Shown here one piece after another: positions 50,956-59,922 of a DNA stretch of 64,000 bases. Every line of letters begins with the position of its first letter. Position 1 is the stretch's first letter. The translations under genes and the position numbers were made by a program. Below the pieces are notes generated by a model. The model was not told the DNA's origin and made no database searches. It saw only the letters and a program-made list of their open reading frames with translations. The DNA is from Halobacteriovoraceae bacterium (GTDB lineage: Bacteria > Bdellovibrionota > Bacteriovoracia > Bacteriovoracales > Bacteriovoracaceae): NCBI GenBank assembly GCA_963719505.1, contig CAVRCF010000002.1, positions 256,001-320,000 on the forward strand. Reading direction: 5' to 3'.

Positions 50956-51642
50956 ATGAGAAAAGCTAAGATAAAAAAAATTCAAGCGCACGAAACTGAT
51001 ACTGAGGGATCCTGGGCCATAAGCTATGGGGATATGATTACTCTTCTTCTTAGTTTCTTTGTTATCTTTTTCTCTTTTGACTTCAAAAAAGAAAAGGAAG
51101 ATATCCTTGAAGAAAGTGCGATAAAGAATATTGCTGTGATGGATACATTTAAGGATAAAGAGACTGGTATTCATGAGAAACCATCAGAAACTATTGAAGA
51201 GCTTAACGAAATTACGACGATAGTAAAAAAAGAAAAAGATGGAAAGTTAGTTGTCTTTTTTAAAGGGGCAAACTTTTTTGACAGTGGTGACACTTCAGTT
51301 AATGAGTTTGGGCAAGTCTTGCTGACAAAATTTATTAAAAAATATACTCCTTACGCAGGTAAGTTTAGGGTGAAAATTCAAGCCTTCACTGATAGTCAGC
51401 CAGTTTCAAATCCAAGTCATCGCTATAAAGACAATGTCGAATTAAGTGCCTTGAGATCCATTTCAGTTATGAGATACCTTCAAAACAATGGAGTGCCTCT
51501 AAACCGAGTTGAGATTGGCGGAATGGGAATAATGTCAAAGAGAGCTTTAGCTGTGCTTGGACTTGAATCAAATAATGTTGAAGAAGTACGAAAAATGTCT
51601 AGAACAATAGCTTTAATATTGTTTCGCGAGGATGCATCATGA
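50956..51642 (+). CDS. motB: MotB/PomB-family stator subunit with OmpA-like peptidoglycan-binding domain
   Basis: WAISYGDMITLLLSFF with the conserved Asp; FDSG, FTD and NVELSALRS motifs. Confidence 0.9.
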   Translation: MRKAKIKKIQAHETDTEGSWAISYGDMITLLLSFFVIFFSFDFKKEKEDILEESAIKNIAVMDTFKDKETGIHEKPSETIEELNEITTIVKKEKDGKLVVFFKGANFFDSGDTSVNEFGQVLLTKFIKKYTPYAGKFRVKIQAFTDSQPVSNPSHRYKDNVELSALRSISVMRYLQNNGVPLNRVEIGGMGIMSKRALAVLGLESNNVEEVRKMSRTIALILFREDAS

Positions 51643-53345
51643 TGAATAAATTTACAACCTTTGCCTTTTTATTACTGGCCACTTTTGGCATGAGTAGTGC
51701 GAAAGCGGATAATGCACGGGTTATTGAAATCCAAGAGAAAATTAAAAGTGATATTTCTAGTTTTCTAGAAAAATTCTCTCCTAACACAAAGTATTCTGTG
51801 CAGGTTAAGGTTAAGCCGTTGAGGCGTCGATTTGATAAGTCTTCGCAAAGTGATAGTCTCCCTTTTATGGAATACCAAGATGATCTGATTTTAGATGAAT
51901 GGGACGACCCTAATACTAATATCTATTCACTTTACAGTCGTATTGCAGAAGCTCGTGTGTCAATCTTAATTGAAGACAAAGTTAAAATAGATAATAGAAG
52001 AAAGTTTAAAGAGGCGATCTTACAAGATGTGAATCTAATTCCAGGTAGAGATACTGTTGAGATTGAAGCCATTTCAACTCCTGTTTTAGAGAGCACTTTT
52101 AATTGGAAAGACCAAACTGAAATACTTCTCCTGGGTGTGATGCTTATTATTGCTGTGGTTTTAGGCGTAGGACTAAATTCCCTTTCAAAGAAGATCGTTC
52201 CCCAACAAGTAAGAAATGCTAGTGATAGTAAAGAATCAGCTCCATCATTTTCTGGAGCTGCTCCCGCTATGGCGTCAGCTCCTCAAAGTTCCGGGCCTAG
52301 TAAAAACAATTCTTTTGGTGAATTGAAAGGTGATCTCAATATTCAAGATCCCTCTAAAATAAATGAAGTCGTCGGAAAAAAGATTAACAAGTTATTAGAG
52401 TCAGAGGTTTTTCCTACGCTTGGAGATATGGTTATTCTTGAAGAGCTTTTAAAGAATGATCCTTCAAGTTTCAGTTACCTCGCTTTTGAATTCCCCCTAG
52501 AAGTTCAAAAGAGCATCTATCAGTTAGGACGAGGGGAGCAATGGTTTAAAGGTTTCTCTGAAGTAGGTTTCCCAAGTAAGGTGGTTTTAATTTCTCTAGA
52601 TAAAATGTTAAGAAATCGAACTGTTCATCAAAGTGAAAACTTTGAAAGCTTGCTTATTCACTCTTGGAGATTAGCAGCAAATTTAACACCATTTATTAAG
52701 ACGATGTCTAAGGAAGATGCATTTTCAATTCTTTATTTTCTTCCTAAAGATATATCAATACCTGTTGCTAGAGATTGCTTTCCTGGTTCGTGGGGAAGTA
52801 TCTTTGAAGAAAGAGCAACAACAACTTTAAAAGATGGACAAAAAATTCAAAAACTTCTAACTGAAGCTCTTAAACTTCAGCCTTACTTAAACTACGATTC
52901 ACTTCAGGTTTTTAAAAATAGAAAAGATCTTCTGTCCTATCTCGATACTGTTGAGCCACAAGATGAAAGAGACATCTATGCGGTCATGGGCGAACAAAAT
53001 GATCTTTCCTCTATTCGACCACCATTTTATACTTTTTTCGAATTAGAAAAAGAAGTCAGACAAAAAGTGTACTCAAAATTCTCTATGCAGGAATGGGCCG
53101 TGGCTTGTTTTAATATTGGGAGGCACGATAAAGATAAACTTACAGATCTGATGGATGAAAAAGAAAAATATCTTTTTAGTCATATTCTGAAAAATATTGA
53201 TCAAAATTCTCATCTTGCAGAAAACAAGGTTGAGATTAGGCATTCGATCGCCCATTTTGTTCATGAGAATCATTCACATAAAATGGTTGTGCCCGTTAAA
53301 GAAGTTGAAGGGATAGTCCAAGATGAACAAAATAATGTTGCCTAG
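51639..53345 (+). CDS. Putative FliF-like ring domain / FliG-like rotor fusion protein
   Basis: Signal peptide; aa ~28-146 resemble the FliF RBM3; TM at aa 162-179; aa ~345-545 resemble FliG middle and C-terminal domains (aligned by eye). Confidence 0.65.
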   Translation: MMNKFTTFAFLLLATFGMSSAKADNARVIEIQEKIKSDISSFLEKFSPNTKYSVQVKVKPLRRRFDKSSQSDSLPFMEYQDDLILDEWDDPNTNIYSLYSRIAEARVSILIEDKVKIDNRRKFKEAILQDVNLIPGRDTVEIEAISTPVLESTFNWKDQTEILLLGVMLIIAVVLGVGLNSLSKKIVPQQVRNASDSKESAPSFSGAAPAMASAPQSSGPSKNNSFGELKGDLNIQDPSKINEVVGKKINKLLESEVFPTLGDMVILEELLKNDPSSFSYLAFEFPLEVQKSIYQLGRGEQWFKGFSEVGFPSKVVLISLDKMLRNRTVHQSENFESLLIHSWRLAANLTPFIKTMSKEDAFSILYFLPKDISIPVARDCFPGSWGSIFEERATTTLKDGQKIQKLLTEALKLQPYLNYDSLQVFKNRKDLLSYLDTVEPQDERDIYAVMGEQNDLSSIRPPFYTFFELEKEVRQKVYSKFSMQEWAVACFNIGRHDKDKLTDLMDEKEKYLFSHILKNIDQNSHLAENKVEIRHSIAHFVHENHSHKMVVPVKEVEGIVQDEQNNVA

Positions 53346-53886
53346 TAAAAAGATCTTTCTTTTAGCCTTAAGTTTTTTAAGCTTAAGTGCGTTTGGTCAA
53401 AAGTTGTCACTTGGTGCTGGGGCTTATTCTTTAAGTGCAAAAGTTGGAGATAACGAAACATCCGTTTCAAATATAGGGGCTTATAGAATACAGTTCCATT
53501 CTAAAATCCAAGAGCAATTTGAATTTCTCCTTGGGTATAATATTCTTATAGAAAATATTTATAGTGGAGATAAAGCTTTCGGTCCATTTGTGGGCTTTAG
53601 CTACTATCCTTTTGGATCAGAGACTTCCTCTCATTCTTCTTTGTCTAATTTATCTATTTCGAGCATTAAACTTTTAAACCCTTATCTCTATACTGGTTTT
53701 AACCAGCGACAGTATCAATCGGTGAAGGCGACTTATTCTGGCTTCTCTTTTGGTGGTGGCGCAGAGATAGGTTTTAACAAAGAGGTGGCGTTCTTTGCAG
53801 ATATGCAGTACGCGATGCTTGATGGGCCAAACGAGGGTGAGGCGACTGAGTTTATGGGGATCGCTGGAATTATGTATCACTACTAG
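53323..53886 (+). CDS. Small outer-membrane beta-barrel protein (about 8 strands)
   Basis: Signal peptide; PYLYTG, GFSFGGGAEIGF, FFADMQY; ends GIMYHY. Confidence 0.75.
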   Translation: MNKIMLPSKKIFLLALSFLSLSAFGQKLSLGAGAYSLSAKVGDNETSVSNIGAYRIQFHSKIQEQFEFLLGYNILIENIYSGDKAFGPFVGFSYYPFGSETSSHSSLSNLSISSIKLLNPYLYTGFNQRQYQSVKATYSGFSFGGGAEIGFNKEVAFFADMQYAMLDGPNEGEATEFMGIAGIMYHY

Positions 53887-53969
53887 TCTTTTAGAAGAGG
53901 CAATTGCCACGATAAAATGGCAATAAAAGAGATGGTTTAGAGGTCTAAACTCTCTAAATTGTTGATAAC

Positions 53970-53997
53970 TTAAGAGAAACTTAATTCTAGCCGAAAG
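53970..53997 (+). promoter_or_regulatory. Sigma28 (FliA)-like promoter
   Basis: TTAAG-N15-GCCGAAAG immediately upstream of the 1214-aa lipoprotein. Confidence 0.5.
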
Positions 53998-54005
53998 GTC
54001 TTATA

Positions 54006-57000
54006 ATGAAAAATATGAAAATAATATCGTTACTCTTTTTTACTCTTTTCCTAACCGCTTCTTGTCAAGAAGGTGGGGATAAAGGGTTCTCAGGTCTTGA
54101 GGATTCTGTTGAAACAGTTGGTGACAGCACACCTACTGAGGTCGCAGTAGAAATTCGTTCGGTTTCACCAACGGTGAATCCCATCGTTCTAGTGGCCAAC
54201 AACACTCAAACTTTTGCCGTTCAAGTCAACAGTGGAGCGGGAGAGGTGACTTATACTTTTAAATTAGATGGATCTCTTTTACAAAACTCTAATTCACCTT
54301 TCTATAATTTAGAAGCTTCTGGACTTACATCTGGTAGCCATACTCTTGAAGTGACAGCAACAAACTCTCTTTCTAGTGATTCTCATACTTTTAACTTGAG
54401 AAAAAATACGGCTCCAGTCATAAGTTTAGATTCAAATACTTCACAAACAATCAGTTGTGTTTCGGATTCATTTCAATTGGATATTACAGCAGCTGATGCT
54501 GATGGGGATAGTTTAAGTTATGACTTTTATCTCAATGGCTCTGCCGGAAGTTCTTATTTAACGACAAGTACGGGGTTGAGTTCGGCGACTTTAGTCTTTA
54601 CTCCAAATTGTACTTTATCTGGCACAAGTAATGTCACTATTCGAGTGACAGACTCCCATGGAGAGTATGACGAATACACTATGGCCGTGACGGTTAGTAA
54701 TCCAAATATCGCGACCGTTGATTCTTATTCTCCAAGTGCAGACCCCGTTCAAGTTTTAAGTTCGGCCAGTCAAACTTTTAGTATCAGTGCTTCAGGAAAA
54801 GCGCCTCTCACTTACCAGTGGGAGCTTGATGGAGTTATCATAGGAACTGCTTTGGGTGCCATTCATACCCTTGCCTCTGGAGATATTACGGCAGGTGCTC
54901 ACACTTTAAAAGTAACGGTTAGTGATTCGGATAGTAGTGACTCCCATACTTTTAATATCGTTAAAAACGTGGCTCCAGTAATTTCTGGAGAGAGCCCCTC
55001 AGAGTCGTCAATAAAACAAAATTACGAAATTATAAAAACATTTTCGGTTGATGCAACTGATGCCAATAGCGATGCTCTAACCTTTACTTGGACCCTCAAT
55101 GGTGGTTCGAGCTCGACAATTGCAACCAGTAGATCAGGCAATACATCGTCCGCGATTTTTACCCCCACGGAATTAATTATCGGGAACCATACTTTAGCCG
55201 TAACAGTTAGTGATGGACTTGAAACAGACACTCATTCTTGGACTATTGCTGTCAATAGGTTTAGTACAGCCTGTAATGAACTTTCTCAAGGTGAGGTTTG
55301 TACAGTGGTTGGGCCAGTTGGTTTTAATAGTGGGGGAAGCACCGAAACAGCAAAAGCTCTAAGAGGTATTCCTCGATACATGACGAAAGACTCATTTGAT
55401 AATATGTATATTGCCGATACAGATAATCATGTCATTTGGTATTACAACTTCTCAATTGTGGACAGAACTGTTCATGGTATTGATGTGCCTGCTTATACAG
55501 CTAAAATTATCCTAGGAAATGGTGTTGCCGGACAAACGGTCGATGGAAGAAAAAATTCTGACTTTAAACTCAATAGCCCAAGAGACCTCGTTTATGATTC
55601 TGAGACTGATTCTCTCTTTGTTGCAGATTATTCAAATAACAGAGTTGTTCAACTTCTTTCGGATGGATCAGCAAGACAAGCCTTGTGTTACGGTGGAACG
55701 GCAAATAACGAAGCTTATAATGAAGATGGACTGGCGCTCACAAGATCTTGTTATGCTCCCATTGGTTTGGCATTAGATACGACTAATAGAAAAATTTATG
55801 TTGCCGTCTATGGCCACCATAATATTAAACAATTCGATATTAGTGATTCAGATTATACAAACTGGACCGGTGGTGTTTTGATTGGTCGAAAAAATGGCAA
55901 TGGCTCTGTTGCAGCTGGATACGATGATAATGGAGTTGCCTTTGGTTATACGGCTGGTGGTGCTCGTACTCAAAATCCTTGGGACCTCGAGTTGAATGCG
56001 GATGGATCGCTCTTATTTTTCACTGAATATGCTGGAGATAGATTAAAGGTTGCCAACCTCTCAAACTCAACAAAAACCCTCATCAATGGGACTCTCAGTA
56101 TTAGTGCTGGGCATATTAAAAAAGTAGTTGGAAATGGAGCCGGTGTTACCGAGGGAAATTATACTTCAGCGAAGATAGATCAGCCTATGGGGATAGCGCT
56201 GTTTGAAGATGCAGGAACTTTAAAAGGTATTTTTGTTGTCTCTTATAATAGACATGTTGTGAATTTCATCAACAACACGGCTTCAACTATCACCATCGGA
56301 GATACCGATGTCGCAGTAGAGCAACTTGGCTGGGTTTTTGGGGATAGAGGTGCCTATTATAATGGAGATGGAAATACTGGACGTCTCACAAGTATTTGGT
56401 CACCTCGCGGACTCGAAGTTATTGGAGACACATTGTATGTTTCAACTCTTTCAACGGCAATGGTGAGATCATTGGATATAAGTGTCAACGATGGAGATGT
56501 GGGGACAAAAGTTCACGCGGATGTTATTGAAGACTTTGTTAGTTCAAACAATCCAAATTCAGTTAGGCTTTTTAATCCAACTTATCTAGCTTCTCACCCA
56601 ACAAATAAAGAAATTTTTTGGGGAGAGGAAGGCAGTGGAAAGATTAGAAAATTTAACACTCAAACCGGCACTGTTAATGAAGTATTAGGACTTGGGCGCT
56701 CTCATCAAGATCAAGATATGCAAACAGCTGATAATATTTATAATCAAGGAATCAAAGGTCTCTCATTTCACAATGGACAACTCCTTTATGTCGATAGAAA
56801 TAATCCAACGGGAGTGGACCGTGCTTGTCGAGTGAGAGCTTTTAATCAATCTGGAAGCACTTCGACTTTCTTCGGTACTCCGATAGGGAATGGTTTAATT
56901 GGTATTGTTGCCGGAGACTGGACTAAAGGGTGTAATAATTGGGAAAATCTTGTTGGTGCCCAAGCGACAAGTGTTGCTATTAAATCACCCGAATCCATCG

Positions 57001-57650
57001 TTTCAGATGGAACAAATTTATATATTTCTAACCCTTATTCACATTGTATATTAAAAGTAGACTCTTCAGGTGTGATCTCTGAATTTTCAGGAGACTGTGA
57101 TTCTGCTGGTGATGTTCCTGGAGCAATAGGATCTACCTCAGTTCGCTACAGTTATCCTTCAGGTCTGTTTATGGATCCTGAATATCCAGGAAACATGTTT
57201 GTCGTAGATAGATCAAATATTTTTAACAGCAGTTATCTTAAATATATAAATCAATCAGGCTCTGACATAACAATCGCGGGAACTACCGTGCCAGCAGGTG
57301 ACGTTGCAACGATTTTTACGACCTCTGGTTTTACATCTACAGTGGCCGCTTACGGAAACTGGATTTGCTATAATTCAACCTATTTTCTAGGATATAACGA
57401 CGCCCGCGCTAACGATAACGTCAATTGTTTTGATAGAACGAATAATTTAGGCGTTGTGGCTTTCAGAATTGGAAATAGCGACAGCGATACAATTAAAGGT
57501 GGAAGGCAGTTGTCGGACGAATACGAAGGGGCCAACTCCTTATCAGTGAGACTTGCTAAACCGCTGGGGCTAGCTTTTGACGCCGACGGAAACCTTTACA
57601 TAACTGAAGTTATTGGAAACACCATCAAGATGGTTAAGCGCTGGTACTAA
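54006..57650 (+). CDS. Large surface lipoprotein/adhesin with four Ig/cadherin-like domains and NHL beta-propeller repeats
   Basis: Lipobox LTASC; repeated G.HTL.VT.S....D.HT[FW]; NHL repeats such as LNSPRDL..D...LFVADYSNNRV and LAKPLGLAFDADGNLYITE. Confidence 0.85.
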   Translation: MKNMKIISLLFFTLFLTASCQEGGDKGFSGLEDSVETVGDSTPTEVAVEIRSVSPTVNPIVLVANNTQTFAVQVNSGAGEVTYTFKLDGSLLQNSNSPFYNLEASGLTSGSHTLEVTATNSLSSDSHTFNLRKNTAPVISLDSNTSQTISCVSDSFQLDITAADADGDSLSYDFYLNGSAGSSYLTTSTGLSSATLVFTPNCTLSGTSNVTIRVTDSHGEYDEYTMAVTVSNPNIATVDSYSPSADPVQVLSSASQTFSISASGKAPLTYQWELDGVIIGTALGAIHTLASGDITAGAHTLKVTVSDSDSSDSHTFNIVKNVAPVISGESPSESSIKQNYEIIKTFSVDATDANSDALTFTWTLNGGSSSTIATSRSGNTSSAIFTPTELIIGNHTLAVTVSDGLETDTHSWTIAVNRFSTACNELSQGEVCTVVGPVGFNSGGSTETAKALRGIPRYMTKDSFDNMYIADTDNHVIWYYNFSIVDRTVHGIDVPAYTAKIILGNGVAGQTVDGRKNSDFKLNSPRDLVYDSETDSLFVADYSNNRVVQLLSDGSARQALCYGGTANNEAYNEDGLALTRSCYAPIGLALDTTNRKIYVAVYGHHNIKQFDISDSDYTNWTGGVLIGRKNGNGSVAAGYDDNGVAFGYTAGGARTQNPWDLELNADGSLLFFTEYAGDRLKVANLSNSTKTLINGTLSISAGHIKKVVGNGAGVTEGNYTSAKIDQPMGIALFEDAGTLKGIFVVSYNRHVVNFINNTASTITIGDTDVAVEQLGWVFGDRGAYYNGDGNTGRLTSIWSPRGLEVIGDTLYVSTLSTAMVRSLDISVNDGDVGTKVHADVIEDFVSSNNPNSVRLFNPTYLASHPTNKEIFWGEEGSGKIRKFNTQTGTVNEVLGLGRSHQDQDMQTADNIYNQGIKGLSFHNGQLLYVDRNNPTGVDRACRVRAFNQSGSTSTFFGTPIGNGLIGIVAGDWTKGCNNWENLVGAQATSVAIKSPESIVSDGTNLYISNPYSHCILKVDSSGVISEFSGDCDSAGDVPGAIGSTSVRYSYPSGLFMDPEYPGNMFVVDRSNIFNSSYLKYINQSGSDITIAGTTVPAGDVATIFTTSGFTSTVAAYGNWICYNSTYFLGYNDARANDNVNCFDRTNNLGVVAFRIGNSDSDTIKGGRQLSDEYEGANSLSVRLAKPLGLAFDADGNLYITEVIGNTIKMVKRWY

Positions 57651-57877
57651 GGAGTCTTACTCTTTTGTAATTTAATAAAAAGGTTTTCAACTTTTGTTCT
57701 CGCCCAAGGAGTCTTACGCAAAAAGGTGAGACTTGATTTTATACTGGGGTCAGTTGTAAAACAGCGAATATCGATACGTGCTCCCAGCTGTTCAAAGCCA
57801 TAATTTTCAACAAGCTGTTCGAGTATCATTTTTAACGTGACGCCATCTAAAAAATTATGTCTCTCAGAGTTTTTCAT
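57647..57877 (-). CDS. VF530/DUF2132 family small protein
   Basis: LDGVTLKMILEQLV..YG...CF..DPSIKSSLTFLRKTPWARTKVE. Confidence 0.9.
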   Translation of the reverse strand: MKNSERHNFLDGVTLKMILEQLVENYGFEQLGARIDIRCFTTDPSIKSSLTFLRKTPWARTKVENLFIKLQKSKTP

Positions 57878-58074
57878 ATCTCTATATAAGCCTTTAAATT
57901 GATTGTTCTGCATGAATTTATCGAATCTCACTAAGTTCTTCAAGTGAATTCTAATAACTCTGGCTCTTCTATAAGTCTCCTTCTTTCATTGCGTTGATCT
58001 GGCTTTTAACACAGAGAACACTTTAAACAATGAGCAGTTTCTTGTATAGTAATCTCAAGCGAAAAGGTGACCGT

Positions 58075-59910
58075 ATGATTGATGAAAAGACAGTAAGTTT
58101 TGTAAAAGAAGTTCTCGAAAATATGCCAGCGGATTGGGTCAATCTGACAACGCATCGATTAGACATCTATAATGAAAAATTGGCCAAAGTGGAATTTCTC
58201 ACTCAGTTTGAAAATTTACTGGGAAGCCAACAAGATGAGCTTAAAGCTCAGTTAGAAGAATTACCAACGGCTTTCGATTATATCAGATTAGGGCATCCAC
58301 TTTCTTGTATTCTTGAATGGGTGATTGCTAAATCTCAAAAAGCGAATATTGAAAGTGTAATCTCCTTCTCTTCTCAAAGTATGCCCATACTGGCCATTTT
58401 AAGAAAAAATTCTTTGGAAAATACAAAAACTCGTATCCTCCATCAAGGTCATCTACCCCATCATTTTGACCATGAGCTTTTACAGAAGGTTTACGATTAT
58501 AAGTTTGAACTGTCGAAAGTAGAGGGGCCACTAACTGAATTTGATGGTTCGACTATTTTGATAAAGAGCTTCGATGATTTAGATCAAACAAATATCCATG
58601 GAGATGTCGATTTCGTCGTGGCCCTTAATGATCAAGGTAGCATAACCATCGTTAACCGAGACAAAAATAAAGAGTATATCTCTGAAATTCAGCACGTAAG
58701 AAGAAGAGAGTCTATTGCGATGACTCCTCATGACTGCTTGTCCTTTCTTGAAAAGATTATAGGACAAAGTACTATGGTTAAAAGTCTTAACCCAGATAGG
58801 GAATCTTTAGTTAAAACCATTCAAAGTATTACGAATACATCCACCATGCCCTCTATTGGGTCATGTGGTTTATCAGTTCAGTATGCAATTATGATGGGTC
58901 TTATTCACCACTGCCTAGACACTCATCCAGGTAAAGCGATTAAGTTTTTAGTCCCACCAAACTGCTACGGAGGAACGAATGATCAAGCCAGACGAGTGGC
59001 CGCGGTTGTTCCGAATGTTGAGATCGTTGATCTTCCGGTTGATAGTGGCAATGACATGGTTCAAAGTCTTGATAGAGTATTAGGAGAAGTTGCCAAAGAA
59101 GATGCTCTGGCTTTTATTATTGCTGAGATTCCAACGAATCCCAGAGTTGAAGTTCCAGATCTTATTCAGCTAAAAGAGGTTTTAACACTCACTCGTAAGA
59201 CTTCGACCGGGGCACAAGCCACTGCTCCCGTTTTTATTTTGGACCAAACCTTTTGTCCTAATGTTAAGTTTTTAGGAGAAGGGGATTTTCTCTCAAGCGT
59301 TGCCACTATTTCTTATGTTAGTGGATCAAAATTCCCAAGTGGTGGCCTTTGTACAGCGGGGTATAGTGTCGCAAACAAAAAAGCTGAGCATCTAGTGAAT
59401 TATGTCGAGAGACATCTTAAGCTTTGTGATAACGTTGCGACAGATTTTCAGATCGATGTCTTATCAAAACAGATGCCATCGATGAATAAAAGAATAGAAG
59501 ACGCTTACAAAAACACCAGAGAGTTTGTGGATTATATTCAATCAACTCTTCCTACGGCCAAGATTAATTTTGTTTCACGGCAGTTAGCTCAAGATGGTTT
59601 TACACCATCAGTTTTCTCTCTCGATCTTCCAACTATTGGTGATTCTCATGCGGAGCGAGAATTACATAAAAGAGATTTAAATTTAAAGCTTATTAAATTA
59701 ATGATTAAGGAGATACCAACTGAGAGTAAATTCTGTGTGAGTTATGGTCAACTTCAAGGATGCTACTGGACTATACCTGCAACATCTACTCAGGGAACAA
59801 CAAAAGAAGGAGATAAGGACTATATTGTCAGGGTCTCTCTTTCTCCAAAGCTAGATGTTAATAGGCACAAGGAAGTATTTTCACTTTTTTGTCGTCAATA
59901 TATTAATTAA
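58075..59910 (+). CDS. Extended Cys/Met-metabolism PLP-dependent enzyme
   Basis: YIRLGHP, CYGGT, EIPTNP, LDQTF and SGSKFPSGG (PLP lysine) motifs. Confidence 0.8.
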   Translation: MIDEKTVSFVKEVLENMPADWVNLTTHRLDIYNEKLAKVEFLTQFENLLGSQQDELKAQLEELPTAFDYIRLGHPLSCILEWVIAKSQKANIESVISFSSQSMPILAILRKNSLENTKTRILHQGHLPHHFDHELLQKVYDYKFELSKVEGPLTEFDGSTILIKSFDDLDQTNIHGDVDFVVALNDQGSITIVNRDKNKEYISEIQHVRRRESIAMTPHDCLSFLEKIIGQSTMVKSLNPDRESLVKTIQSITNTSTMPSIGSCGLSVQYAIMMGLIHHCLDTHPGKAIKFLVPPNCYGGTNDQARRVAAVVPNVEIVDLPVDSGNDMVQSLDRVLGEVAKEDALAFIIAEIPTNPRVEVPDLIQLKEVLTLTRKTSTGAQATAPVFILDQTFCPNVKFLGEGDFLSSVATISYVSGSKFPSGGLCTAGYSVANKKAEHLVNYVERHLKLCDNVATDFQIDVLSKQMPSMNKRIEDAYKNTREFVDYIQSTLPTAKINFVSRQLAQDGFTPSVFSLDLPTIGDSHAERELHKRDLNLKLIKLMIKEIPTESKFCVSYGQLQGCYWTIPATSTQGTTKEGDKDYIVRVSLSPKLDVNRHKEVFSLFCRQYIN

Positions 59911-59922
59911 GGCTATTTAGAA

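Noticed and set aside
50180-51642. Zorya (ZorAB) anti-phage system
   Set aside because: MotA is 257 aa with no long ZorA tail, and no ZorC/D/E helicase or nuclease genes are adjacent
50180-51642. TolQR, ExbBD or AglRQS motor
   Set aside because: The B subunit has the MotB W..Y.D motif and an OmpA-like domain, not an ExbD/TolR domain; no TonB/TolA-like partner
49581-53886. Ordinary flagellar gene cluster
   Set aside because: No export, rod, hook, switch or chemotaxis genes; the partners (PEGA/TPR lipoprotein, OM barrel) are not flagellar
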